Positions 10,321 through 19,794 of a DNA stretch of 64,000 bases are shown here, in pieces. Origin of the DNA: an uncultured delta proteobacterium (GTDB lineage Bacteria; Desulfobacterota; Binatia; UBA9968); assembly GCA_963771465.1 (NCBI GenBank), contig CAVYTU010000012.1, positions 96,001-160,000 on the forward strand, in the 5' to 3' direction. A program made the position numbers and the translations under genes. The notes below the pieces were generated by a model that saw only the letters and a list, made by a program, of their open reading frames with translations, made no database searches and was not told where the DNA came from. Each line of letters begins with the position of its first letter. Within the stretch, counting starts at the first letter, position 1.

Positions 10321-10596
10321 ATGAGAGTAAAAACTTTACTTGTCATCGTTTTCAGCGTGGTGACGTCGCCGGCGATTGCTCAGGCGTGCGCCGTGTGTTT
10401 TTCCGGTGACGATGACATTGTCACGCACGCGTTCAATTGGAGCGTGGGCTTCTTATTGGCGGCGCCTTACGCGATCGGCGGCACGATCGCCACATGTTTG
10501 GTGATCGCTTACCGACGAGCGGTGGCGCAGCGCGCAGCTTTGGATGAGACGCAGGCCGGCGAGCTGATTTGGACTGAGGAGGAAAGCGTAAAATGA
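10321..10596 (+). CDS. Small exported CxxC membrane protein
   Basis: Signal peptide ending AQA, then CAVC, one TM helix; ATGA-coupled to the next gene. Confidence 0.75.
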   Translation: MRVKTLLVIVFSVVTSPAIAQACAVCFSGDDDIVTHAFNWSVGFLLAAPYAIGGTIATCLVIAYRRAVAQRAALDETQAGELIWTEEESVK

Positions 10597-11201
10597 GTGA
10601 AGCGGTAGTGGTGCATGGCGGCGTAGAGCCCGCGGAAACGCCCCTAACCCCAGAGAGCTGGGGCAAGCTCGGCATGTGGTTGTTTCTCGCCGGCGACGCC
10701 ATGTCGTTCGGCGGGCTGATCGTCGGCTACGGTATTCTCCGTCACGCGAGCAAGACTTGGCCGGTGCCGGCCGCGGTGCTCGGCATCAACTTGACTGCAT
10801 TGATGACTTTCCTGTTGATCGTCAGCAGCGTCACGATGGTGTTGGGGTTAGCTGCGCTCCAAGACAGCGATAAAGCCAAGTTTAATAAATTTATGGGCGC
10901 TACCATTCTTGGCGGCGCGATGTTTCTTGGCCTGCAGGCTTATGAGTGGACGCACCTGATCGGCCACACGCTGCCGCATTATAATTTGGCCTTCACCAAG
11001 GATCTGTTCGCGACGACGTTTTTTGTGCTCACCGGATTTCACGGCATGCACGTCACCGGCGGCGTGATTTACAATTCTTGTGTGTTGGCGGCGGTCAATC
11101 GCGGCCGTTACCAGGCCAAGCACGTGGAGATCGCCGGCCTATATTGGCACTTCGTCGATCTCGTCTGGATTTTGATTTTTACCTTCGTTTATCTGCTGTA
11201 A
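10593..11201 (+). CDS. coxC: Cytochrome c oxidase subunit III-like (copy 2)
   Basis: KLGMWLFL, QAYEW, TGFHGMHV, YWHFVD. Confidence 0.93.
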   Translation: MSEAVVVHGGVEPAETPLTPESWGKLGMWLFLAGDAMSFGGLIVGYGILRHASKTWPVPAAVLGINLTALMTFLLIVSSVTMVLGLAALQDSDKAKFNKFMGATILGGAMFLGLQAYEWTHLIGHTLPHYNLAFTKDLFATTFFVLTGFHGMHVTGGVIYNSCVLAAVNRGRYQAKHVEIAGLYWHFVDLVWILIFTFVYLL

Positions 11202-11219
11202 AAAATTAAAGGATTGAAA

Positions 11220-11498
11220 ATGGCAACGACAGCTCATTCGCACCATAACTATATTAAGATTTTCGTCATCCTTTCGGTGCTGACGGTTATCGAGGTCGGC
11301 ATCACCTTTTTGGGATTGCCGAAAATGCTGCTTGCGGCCTTGCTGATTACCCTAGCGGTTTGGAAAGCGGCCTTAGTAGCGATGCATTTCATGCATCTCA
11401 AAATGGAGAAAATGACGCTTTCCATCGTTGCGATCGTCCCGTTTATTCTCTGCGTGTTTTTGATCCTCATGTTGTTACCGGACATCTACCCGAAGTGA
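11220..11498 (+). CDS. coxD: Cytochrome c oxidase subunit IV family protein
   Basis: Three TM helices, KAALVAMHFMHLK. Confidence 0.88.
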   Translation: MATTAHSHHNYIKIFVILSVLTVIEVGITFLGLPKMLLAALLITLAVWKAALVAMHFMHLKMEKMTLSIVAIVPFILCVFLILMLLPDIYPK

Positions 11499-11914
11499 TT
11501 TCCACTTCACAACTTCCGACTCTCAATGCGGCGCTGAATAGTCTCAGCGCCGTTTGTCTTTTTGCCGGCTATCTTTTCATTCGCGGCAAAAACCGCCAAG
11601 CCCATCGGCGCTGCATGCTGGCGGCGTTCGCGTGCTCGAGCCTTTTTCTCATCTCCTATCTAGTTTATCACTTCCAAGTGGGTTCGGTCGGTTTCAAAGG
11701 CGAAGGTTGGATTCGCCGCGTCTATTTCACCATTCTGATCACCCACACCATCCTTGCCGCAACCGTGGTGCCGCTGGCGTTGATCACATTCGTGCGCGCG
11801 CTCAGAGAAAAATTTGACGCGCACCGGCGCATCGCGCGCTGGACATTGCCGATCTGGCTCTACGTGTCGGTTACCGGGGTGGTGGTATATTTGATGTTAT
11901 ACCGCCTCTCATAG
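11495..11914 (+). CDS. DUF420 (CtaM-like) oxidase assembly protein
   Basis: LPTLNAALN, HRRCM, YLVYH, WLYVSVTG; GTGA overlap with coxD. Confidence 0.88.
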   Translation: MISTSQLPTLNAALNSLSAVCLFAGYLFIRGKNRQAHRRCMLAAFACSSLFLISYLVYHFQVGSVGFKGEGWIRRVYFTILITHTILAATVVPLALITFVRALREKFDAHRRIARWTLPIWLYVSVTGVVVYLMLYRLS

Positions 11915-12025
11915 GTTGTTGCCGTAATTGTCGCCTCTTCTCCTTCTAGAACTCTGTTAGGAATCTTGTTAGAAAAGATACGTGCGTGTACAGTTACCAT
12001 AACGATCTTGGATGGAGGGATACTT

Positions 12026-12244
12026 ATGCCGGGCACGGAACCCAATCGCGACGAAGAGATCCGGCAGCTTGCCTATCGGCTTTGGCAAGAGGCTGGATGT
12101 CCGGAGGGAATCGAAGCTCAACATTGGCTGAAAGCCGAGGCGATTTGGCTGGAAGAACATCGCGCGCCGAGCAAAGCGAAGCGAACGAAAGCTGCCAAAG
12201 CCAGAAAGCCAAGAAAATCCGGCGCCACGGATCGCGAGCTGTAG
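12026..12244 (+). CDS. DUF2934 domain protein with basic tail
   Basis: IRQLAYRLWQEAGCPEG..HWLKAE; GGAGG RBS. Confidence 0.85.
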   Translation: MPGTEPNRDEEIRQLAYRLWQEAGCPEGIEAQHWLKAEAIWLEEHRAPSKAKRTKAAKARKPRKSGATDREL

Positions 12245-12515
12245 CTGCTAGTTTTTCCGCCGCAAGGTTTTAAGACCCGTTGTCAGGGGGAATTCACTCA
12301 ACGCGCTCAGCCGCGCCACGGTGAGCATCACGGGTAGTTTCGGCCAGAGCCGCGCTGATTCATCCCGGCCAGAAAAATCTTCATCAATCTTTCCGGCCTC
12401 CAGTTGCTCGATTTGTCGCTGATCGGTCTTGCCGACTGGTTCATTGACAGCGCGAAATACTTCAAGCTAGATAGACGCTAGCAGTTACTTTTTTCGGTAG
12501 GATGACGGGTGGGAG

Positions 12516-13322
12516 ATGGCGATCAAATCCATGGGTATCGTCGGTTGCGGCGCGATTGGCAAGGCGCTGATCAAGGCTGTTGAAGACGGCAAGCTGGCGG
12601 TGCGTGTGGCGGGGGTGACCAGCCGGACGGAAAAAAATGCGCGCGAATTCTTGTCGGCATTTAATAATCCGCCGCCGTATCTTTCACTCGATGAACTAGT
12701 ACGCGCGTCAGATCTGCTGATCGAGGCGGCCGGTGGACACATTGTTGCGGAATTAGCGAAGAAAGTTTTTGCCGCAGACAAAGACTTGATGGTGATCAGC
12801 GTCGGCGCGTTGCTTGAGTATCCGGAGGTCATGGCGGAGTCGCGGCGCACGGGTTGTCACCTCTACGTTCCGTCGGGGGCGATCGCGGGACTGGATGGCA
12901 TTAAGTCGGCCTGCGTCGGCCAGATCGCGCATGTGACACACACGACGCGCAAACCGCCGCTCGGACTCGAAGGCGCACCCTACTTAGTCGAACGCGGTAT
13001 CTCATTGGCTGGGCTGGCGGAAGAGAAGGAAGTTTTCTCCGGCTCGGCGCGCGAGGCGTGCCGTGGCTTTCCAGCCAATGTGAATGTTACGGGTGCGGTG
13101 AGCTTGGCCGGCATCGGCCCGGACAAGACTCGGGTGAGAATTCTCGCCGTGCCTGGGCTGACGCGCAATTGCCACGACATCGACGTCGAGGGCGAGTTCG
13201 GCAAGCTGCACGTGCATATCGAAAACGTGCCGAGCGAAAATCCTAGGACTGGAAAATTGACGGCGCTGTCGATTATTCGCGCCGTGCAGGATGTCGTCGA
13301 TCCGGTGCGGATTGGTAATTGA
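12516..13322 (+). CDS. nadX: L-aspartate dehydrogenase
   Basis: GCGAIG, SGAIAGLD, FPANVNV, PSENPRT. Confidence 0.9.
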   Translation: MAIKSMGIVGCGAIGKALIKAVEDGKLAVRVAGVTSRTEKNAREFLSAFNNPPPYLSLDELVRASDLLIEAAGGHIVAELAKKVFAADKDLMVISVGALLEYPEVMAESRRTGCHLYVPSGAIAGLDGIKSACVGQIAHVTHTTRKPPLGLEGAPYLVERGISLAGLAEEKEVFSGSAREACRGFPANVNVTGAVSLAGIGPDKTRVRILAVPGLTRNCHDIDVEGEFGKLHVHIENVPSENPRTGKLTALSIIRAVQDVVDPVRIGN

Positions 13323-13334
13323 ATAAAGCCGGGA

Positions 13335-13388
13335 GGGATCGACGATGGAGGATTGAGGCTTGCCATTCTCGATCTTCTATCCTCGATT
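13335..13388. repeat. Heptamer-periodic inverted repeat
   Basis: GGGATCG ACGATGG AGGATTG facing CATTCTC GATCTTC TATCCTC. Confidence 0.7.
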
Positions 13389-13404
13389 CGGCTGACGTTA
13401 ACGG

Positions 13405-15003
13405 ATGAACAACAGCGATCTCATCGTTAAGACTCTTGAGCAGGCCGGCGTGCGCTGGGTGTTCGGGATTCCCAGCGGGCCGGTGTTGCCGCTGATCGAA
13501 GCTTTGCGCGGCAGTCCGGTTGAGTTCGTGCTCACGGCAACGGAAACGTCGGCGGCTTTCATGGCTTCCGTTGTCGGCTATTTGACCGGCGTTCCAGGCG
13601 TGTGCGCTTCGACGGTCGGCCCCGGCGCGACCAATCTGACGACCGGGGTAGGCTGCGCGTGGTTGGACCGCGCGCCAGTATTGGCGATCACTTGCAACGT
13701 CGCCACGCCGTGGCTCGAGCGGCGCATTCAAATGCGCATCGATCATCACAAGCTATTCGAGCCACTGACCAAAGCGACCCTCGCTTGCCGTCAGTCCAAT
13801 GTCGGCGAGATGTTTAGCCGGGCGATCGCAATCGCCACGCAAGAACCGCCCGGGCCGGTGCATCTCGATTTGCCCGAAGATGTTGCCCAGGCTGCCGCGT
13901 TGGAAACTCGCGGCACGCAAATGACGCCGGCAGCGCTGCCAGACTTGTCGAATGAAGTTGCCGAGGCGATTGCCCACGCGCTGAAGAGCGCGAAGCGGCC
14001 GTTGCTAATTGTCGGTTTGACGTTTACGCGCAGCGCGGCTGGTCAAAATCTGCTTCAGTTCATCGAGCGGCAAAACATTCCGTTTGTCACGACATTGCAC
14101 GGTAAAGGCTTTCTGCCGGAGGGCCATCCAAATTCCGCTGGCGTCATCGGCCGGGCGCGACGCAGCGATCTAAAAAAATTCACCGATCACGCCGATCTCA
14201 TTCTCGCCGTCGGCTACGATCCCATCGAGATCAACTATGAAGATTGGGTGAAGCAGGGAACGTCGATCGTTCACGTTAGCACCGAAGCGGCCGAAAGCGG
14301 CAACGGCTTGAATCTGACTTGGAACAAGGGCTGCGAGTTGGACGCGGCGATTGGTGCCATGGTCAGGATTAAACCGACAACCAACACCTGGCCGTCTGGA
14401 GAGTTCCGCGCGCATCGAGATAGTTTCGACAAAGCGCTTCGTCCCGCCAGCGCGAGCTTTGCGCCTTACCAAGCTTTGGACATTTTGCGCGAGAAGTTAC
14501 CAGCCGACGGCATTCTCGCTTACGACGTTGGCGCACATACTCATCAAATCGCCAGCCAATGGCGCACCGATCAACCGAGAACTTTGCTTGCGACCAACGG
14601 CTGGTCGTCGATGGGTTACGGCATGCCCGCCGCCTATGCGGCGAAGTTAGTTCAGCCGGATCGTGCCGTGGTCGGCGTCATCGGTGACGGCTGCTTTCAA
14701 ATGACGGCCGGTGAGTTGGCGTTGGCGCGCCGGCGGAATTTAGCCGTGCCGGTGATCGTACTCAATGACGGCTGGCTCGGCTTGATGAAAGTCAAACAAG
14801 AAAAAAGAAACTATCCGCTCTCCGGCGTCCATCTCGGCGCGCCGCCTGAGTCGCCGGCGCATTATTTCGGCGTGCCGTGCCGCGCGGCAAAATCGGCCGA
14901 AGAGTTTCGCGAAGCGCTCGACTGGGCATTGGCTCTCGGCGGGCCCAGCGTCGTCGAAGCGTTCGTCGATGCCGAAAGTTATTCCGCCACCGTCTTCGAT
15001 TAG
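13405..15003 (+). CDS. Thiamine pyrophosphate-binding enzyme (acetolactate synthase-like)
   Basis: GPGATN, PGPVHLDLP, SMGYGMP, GDG...N TPP motif. Confidence 0.92.
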   Translation: MNNSDLIVKTLEQAGVRWVFGIPSGPVLPLIEALRGSPVEFVLTATETSAAFMASVVGYLTGVPGVCASTVGPGATNLTTGVGCAWLDRAPVLAITCNVATPWLERRIQMRIDHHKLFEPLTKATLACRQSNVGEMFSRAIAIATQEPPGPVHLDLPEDVAQAAALETRGTQMTPAALPDLSNEVAEAIAHALKSAKRPLLIVGLTFTRSAAGQNLLQFIERQNIPFVTTLHGKGFLPEGHPNSAGVIGRARRSDLKKFTDHADLILAVGYDPIEINYEDWVKQGTSIVHVSTEAAESGNGLNLTWNKGCELDAAIGAMVRIKPTTNTWPSGEFRAHRDSFDKALRPASASFAPYQALDILREKLPADGILAYDVGAHTHQIASQWRTDQPRTLLATNGWSSMGYGMPAAYAAKLVQPDRAVVGVIGDGCFQMTAGELALARRRNLAVPVIVLNDGWLGLMKVKQEKRNYPLSGVHLGAPPESPAHYFGVPCRAAKSAEEFREALDWALALGGPSVVEAFVDAESYSATVFD

Positions 15004-15262
15004 GCGCGTCGGTCTTGAACCCGGATTGCGCAGTTAAAATTGAATCAGCGTGAGGGCGTTCCTTCCGTAATGAAGCCAATGGATCCGCGCTTTTGAGCAG
15101 GCAACCGACATGATTGCCCGGCAAGCAATCCTGGGAAGCCATTAGAACGGCTTGCCAACCAGGTTAATTGACTTTGCGACCGCAGCGTCGGATATCTTCA
15201 CTACTCCGAGCTGGTATCTCGCTCAGCGCTCGCCATTCCTTCAACTGCGGAATCCGGGTTTA

Positions 15263-16483
15263 ATGTCTCCCATCACCGCCGAGCGCAACAACCTTCGTTG
15301 GGCAATCCTCGCCCTCATCAGCGCGTCGCATATCGTCGGCGCGTCGGCGCAGTACGGCATCAGCACGCTGGCGCCTTTTTACCAAGACAAACTCGACTTG
15401 TCGCGCGCTCAGGTTGGACTTTTCATCTCCGCTTTCTATCTCGCCATGACCGGCGCGTCGTTTGGCGCCGGCTGGCTCGCCGACCGCATGGGCGTCGGCA
15501 AGACGACATTGCAAGGACATTTATCCGTCGGCGTCTGTATCGGCGCGACGGCGTTGGCGCCGACGTTCGCTTGGGCCTTCGTGGGCTTTTTTCTCTGCGG
15601 TCTCGGCTATGCGTTTCTCAATCCGGCGTCGACCAAAGGCGTGATGGCTTGGTTCCATCGCGACGAGCGCGCCACCGCGATGGGGATCAAGCAGACCGGC
15701 GTGCCGGCGGGCGGTTTTTTTACCGCGCTATTGGCGCCACCACTGGTTTTACTGATCGGCTGGCGTGGCGCGTTCGCGGCTTTGGGTGTTGCAAATTTTT
15801 TATTCGCTTTTATTTTTTCTTCCCTATGGCGCGAGCCGCCCGATAACTTGACGGCACATTCAACACCAGCCCAAGGATCGGCTGGGACGCAACAGCCGCT
15901 CGACGTTTGGGGATTTTTGCCGGCGAGTTTTGGCACGGCGATTTTTTTAATCGGCCAAATGTCGCTGATCACCTATTTACCGCTTTATCTAAAAGAGTCG
16001 ATGGGCTTTACACCCTACTGGGCGAGCCAGGCTTTGGCTATCGCCCAGGGTGGCGCGATGGTGGGACGGATCGGTTGGGGTGTCGCCAGCGACCGATTGT
16101 TCGGCGGCCGGCGCAAGATCGTGCTGATCATCATCGGTCTCGTGAGCGTTGTGCTGATGATGGGCTTGAGTCTGATGACCGAACGATCGCCTTTGTCGCT
16201 GTTGTTGGCGATCGTTTTTCTGGCAGGGCTCTGTATTGTCGGCTACCAAGGCGTGTCCTACGCCTTGATTGGCGAACTTGCGGGCACGACCCGAACCGGA
16301 GTGGCTATGGGCCTGATGATTACGATCAATGCGGCGGCAGCGACGTTGGGCACACCGTTTTTTGGTTATATTGTCGACCGCAGCGGAAGCTACGCGCTGG
16401 CTTGGCAGTCGCTCGCCGGCATGATCCTTGTGGGCTGCGTGGGCCTGACAATCTTCCTCAAGGAAGCGCGACGGATAACTTAG
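15263..16483 (+). CDS. MFS transporter
   Basis: About 12 TM helices; GWLADRMG and GVASDRLFG motifs. Confidence 0.92.
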   Translation: MSPITAERNNLRWAILALISASHIVGASAQYGISTLAPFYQDKLDLSRAQVGLFISAFYLAMTGASFGAGWLADRMGVGKTTLQGHLSVGVCIGATALAPTFAWAFVGFFLCGLGYAFLNPASTKGVMAWFHRDERATAMGIKQTGVPAGGFFTALLAPPLVLLIGWRGAFAALGVANFLFAFIFSSLWREPPDNLTAHSTPAQGSAGTQQPLDVWGFLPASFGTAIFLIGQMSLITYLPLYLKESMGFTPYWASQALAIAQGGAMVGRIGWGVASDRLFGGRRKIVLIIIGLVSVVLMMGLSLMTERSPLSLLLAIVFLAGLCIVGYQGVSYALIGELAGTTRTGVAMGLMITINAAAATLGTPFFGYIVDRSGSYALAWQSLAGMILVGCVGLTIFLKEARRIT

Positions 16484-16615
16484 AGTAAGGGGCCGTGCGC
16501 CGTTTGGGTGAACAAGTTGTCATTTTCAACGTGGGATGACGGGCCGCAAAAGATTTTCGTAGGCGGAGCCGCAATTTAAAATTGACAGAACCTTCGCGGT
16601 GCGAGCTTCGCCGCC

Positions 16616-17437
16616 TCAACTGGTCAACTCCAAGTTGGTCAGCAAAGTGGTAAGGTCGGCGCTGACGTTTTTGACTCCAGGAATTTTTTGAACTTGCGCG
16701 ACCACCTGGCGGTCGGAAATCCATTCGGGGATCGTCCCCGATAATTCAATATTCCCATCGTCGGCTTTGACTTCGATTCTTGCGTGGGACAAGTCATTTG
16801 ACAGGGCGAGTGTGGCGCGAACCCGCGTTGCCAGCGCAAAGTTTGCAAACGCCAGTTTGGAAGCGGCGGTCATTTGATAGTCCGGCGCGTGGGCCGCTTC
16901 GACAATCAAGCGTTTCGCCGTGCTTAGCCCCATATAACCAAGATTGACCACCAGATCGTAGCGGCTCGGATCGCGCCAGTCGGTGCCGAACATTCCGTGC
17001 AGCCTTCGGGTGCGCGCCTTGTCGAGTTCTTCGACGTAACGGCGCGCGGCGACTTCGTTTAGATTATGCCGCTCGCGTACCTGGGCGATGCGCATTTCCA
17101 TGGGCGCTGTCAGCAGCACCTTGAGCACGTGGGCAAACTTGGGTATTAGTTCGTGGCCGAGATGGCCGTGGTACACGATGCCGCGATCGCGCGCGACTTC
17201 ACAAAACGCTGCCTGCAACGCGATGCGGTAGGGATCGAGGTTGCGCGTAAAGGTCGCCCACCACGTCGGCTCGCGTTCGACGATCTCGGCGAGCTTAGCT
17301 TCGGGTATGCTATACTGCAGACTGGCTTCGACCAGCACTTCGCGGTCGACACTGACGTACCCCAACGATTGGGCCACGGCATCGGCCACCTCTTCACCGC
17401 TGCCGGATGCGCCCTGATAGATCGTGATGATTTGCAT
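16616..17437 (-). CDS. Cytidylate kinase-like protein with C-terminal BON domain
   Basis: ITI..GSG P-loop-like start, DPSRYDLVVN, BON-like IEVKADDGNIELSG..IPGVKNV. Confidence 0.85.
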   Translation of the reverse strand: MQIITIYQGASGSGEEVADAVAQSLGYVSVDREVLVEASLQYSIPEAKLAEIVEREPTWWATFTRNLDPYRIALQAAFCEVARDRGIVYHGHLGHELIPKFAHVLKVLLTAPMEMRIAQVRERHNLNEVAARRYVEELDKARTRRLHGMFGTDWRDPSRYDLVVNLGYMGLSTAKRLIVEAAHAPDYQMTAASKLAFANFALATRVRATLALSNDLSHARIEVKADDGNIELSGTIPEWISDRQVVAQVQKIPGVKNVSADLTTLLTNLELTS

Positions 17438-17517
17438 AGGAGTCGTCCTCCATTTTTACTATCGCCACTTTACGCGATTATTGTCCCGGCGAGTTTGACG
17501 TTCAAGCAAATTCTTCT

Positions 17518-18006
17518 TCAAGGGGCGATACCCCTGGCGTTCCAAGTTCCCTCATTGAAAACTTGAGCCGCTTCTTCCTCGATCATGGGTCCAACGACTT
17601 CGACCCGGTGGGTTCCCCGCGCAAGTAGCTCGGCGCAATGTTCGCGGAGGTGCTCTGATCGGTTGCCGATGACTTCGTGCAGCCGGGAGCTGCTGAGTCC
17701 GAAGACAACTCGGCCAACGCCGCTCCAAAAGATCGCTCCGGCACACATCGGACAAGGTTCCGCGTTGACATAGAGCGTGCACTGGGCGAGCGCAGTGGGG
17801 GTGAATCGGCGCGACGCTTCGGCGAGCAACCGGGTTTCCGCATGACCGGTGCAATCATGGGTCACGTCCTGGGTGTTTTCGGCTTCGAGGAGAACTCTGC
17901 CACGGCCGCTCACCAAGACCGCTCCGAACGGCCGGTTACCATGTTCGCGCGAACGCTGCGCGACCATAAGCGCATATCGTAAATAGCGGTGATCCGATTC
18001 GATCAT
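17518..18006 (-). CDS. Nucleoside/nucleobase deaminase (CDA superfamily)
   Basis: PFGA, HAE and EPCPMC zinc motifs. Confidence 0.92.
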   Translation of the reverse strand: MIESDHRYLRYALMVAQRSREHGNRPFGAVLVSGRGRVLLEAENTQDVTHDCTGHAETRLLAEASRRFTPTALAQCTLYVNAEPCPMCAGAIFWSGVGRVVFGLSSSRLHEVIGNRSEHLREHCAELLARGTHRVEVVGPMIEEEAAQVFNEGTWNARGIAP

Positions 18007-18007
18007 T

Positions 18008-18112
18008 TTACCTTCCCTCCTGCATCCGCCGTCGCACATTCATTTTTCCAAAGGCGTTCTGCTTCCGCCGCTTGCGTCGGCGGGACAGAACGATGATCAT
18101 CCGTGTGAACAT
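18008..18112 (-). CDS. Putative 34-aa Arg-rich small ORF
   Basis: AAAGGAG RBS; MFTRMIIVLSRRRKRRKQNAFGKMNVRRRMQEGR; stop lies 1 nt before the deaminase ATG. Confidence 0.35.
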   Translation of the reverse strand: MFTRMIIVLSRRRKRRKQNAFGKMNVRRRMQEGR

Positions 18113-18189
18113 GCTACTCCTTTGGATCTTGCAGTAATGATTACAAAGTCAAGCACGGGAGACATGACTTCTCTCCGACCATGGCAACA

Positions 18190-18236
18190 AACGACAAGGG
18201 CATCCTTCTCACGACAAGAAGGATACCCCCTCGTTG
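18190..18236 (-). terminator. Probable intrinsic terminator
   Basis: Long stem GGGCATCCTTCT/AGAAGGATACCC followed by TTTGTT on the minus strand. Confidence 0.55.
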
Positions 18237-18393
18237 CGCATTCAGCGCTAACTGACGATTGGTTATCTCAAACATCGACTCCGCCGCCGGCGGGCTTATG
18301 ATTCCTCCTCCGGATCGCACTCACTTAAATGAACCTCGCGTGTCACACGGTCTACGACCTTCCTCAATCTGTCGACGTGGCGACGGTTTGCCT

Positions 18394-18513
18394 TCAGGCA
18401 AAATAGTTGAGGTCTAGTAGTGAACACCGCTGCGTGAGACAGGCTGTTGATTCGGGTAAGGAGCCACCCGCAGACAGCGGGCTGGGCTGGTCAGGTGGAG
18501 TACCGTCTTGCAT
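18394..18513 (-). CDS. Putative 39-aa small ORF
   Basis: AAAGGAGG RBS 7 nt before ATG; MQDGTPPDQPSPLSAGGSLPESTACLTQRCSLLDLNYFA. Confidence 0.4.
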   Translation of the reverse strand: MQDGTPPDQPSPLSAGGSLPESTACLTQRCSLLDLNYFA

Positions 18514-18878
18514 AGCAAAACCTCCTTTCACACCTTGGGGCTTTTTCGCCTTATGCGATCCACTCGCCCCTGCGCCTGGCGGCGCTCAGTGAATCTACTT
18601 TGCTCTCTAGTGCTGTGAGAACAGTTTGTCAAGTGGGAAAAGGTTTGGCGATTCTCCGCGGCCGCTTGGGGGATTCCAGCTTTGTGCATGCCGCGCAGTT
18701 CAAAAAGGATAACCGCTGCGGCGCGGACGTTACAAAGAGGGAGAAAAATGGCGATCGCTGTGCCTATGTGACCAATCCTCTTTGTCCTTTGATTGTGGCA
18801 CTGCCGCGTCAATTGACATCGCAGATCGGCAGCGCTTTAATTTTCTTTGGCCGACCTTCACACCTGCAGGAGGCTACT

Positions 18879-19445
18879 ATGCGAAAATTTGTATGGCTGG
18901 GATCGCTAGCTTGCTGTCTGCTATTCGCCGTCCCCGCGCTGAGCGCTGATCAGGAGCGGTTGCGACCGCCGGTGCCAGAGGAATTGACCGATGCATGGGA
19001 GCGCTTTCAGCGCGCGCTGCAAGAATGGGGTGGGCGAGTCTGGGAACGTTTTGGCGGTCGTGGCGCGCGTGAGAATCAGCCGGCGATCAGTCAAATGCTG
19101 AGCCAGAAAGATGCGCTCGGGTTATCGGCAGATCAAGTGCGCAAGCTCGAGCAGCTACGCGACGATTTCCAACAGCCATCGATTCGCAACGACGCCGACT
19201 TGAGAATCGTCGAGCTCGACATCGCTGGATTGTTGGAAAAAGAACCGGTCGAGATGGCCAAGCTCGAAGGGAAAATCCGCGAAGCGGAAAAGCTTCGCGC
19301 CGATATACGCATCACGCGCATCCGCGCCATCGAACAGGCCAGAGCCCTGCTGACGACGGATCAGAAGAAAAAGCTTGAAGATTTCAACCGCGTCATGCGC
19401 GCGCCGCGTCCGTCGCGCGCGGGACAGAATCCTTCGGTTACGTGA
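18879..19445 (+). CDS. Spy/CpxP (periplasmic heavy-metal sensor-like) protein
   Basis: Signal peptide; LSADQ and LTTDQ (LTxxQ) motifs; AGGAGG RBS. Confidence 0.85.
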   Translation: MRKFVWLGSLACCLLFAVPALSADQERLRPPVPEELTDAWERFQRALQEWGGRVWERFGGRGARENQPAISQMLSQKDALGLSADQVRKLEQLRDDFQQPSIRNDADLRIVELDIAGLLEKEPVEMAKLEGKIREAEKLRADIRITRIRAIEQARALLTTDQKKKLEDFNRVMRAPRPSRAGQNPSVT

Positions 19446-19450
19446 GGAGA

Positions 19451-19549
19451 ATAATCGAGACTCTTGTCGAAAGTTGTTGCACCGACCGACTCCTACACGA
19501 CGTCGAAACCTTTACCGTCGGTGAGATTTTTCACCTCTTTGAGAAAGTT
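19451..19549 (-). pseudogene. Quinone oxidoreductase (MDR) gene remnant
   Basis: Translates NFLKEVKNLTDGKGFDVV*ESVGATTFDKSLDY, like Qor GKGVDVVYDSVG, with an in-frame TAG at 19493-19495. Confidence 0.65.
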
Positions 19550-19794
19550 AGACGGGCTCGATGTAATGCTAATGTCGGTCGAATTCTCCGAGCAAAAGCG
19601 TTACAACCTTAAACGCAATCAAGCCGCGGCGAAGAAATTCGGTTCCTGGAAAAGCACGGCTCGACAAAGACAGTCGAATAATCACAGTCATGGCCGTGCT
19701 CCAGTCGATAAGCGACGATAAGGCCTCATCGTTGGCGGAAATTGGTATCTGACCCGAGCTTGATTTCCACTATCTTTGAAGGTTTAGTGATTGG

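Noticed and set aside
12330-12400. Minus-strand GGAGG plus MKIFLAG start resembling an epimerase N-terminus
   Set aside because: Stops after 18 codons; too short to support even a pseudogene call
18330-18395. c-di-GMP-I riboswitch suggested by GGCAAACC on the minus strand
   Set aside because: Lacks the GAAA tetraloop and the GACGCAAAG segment
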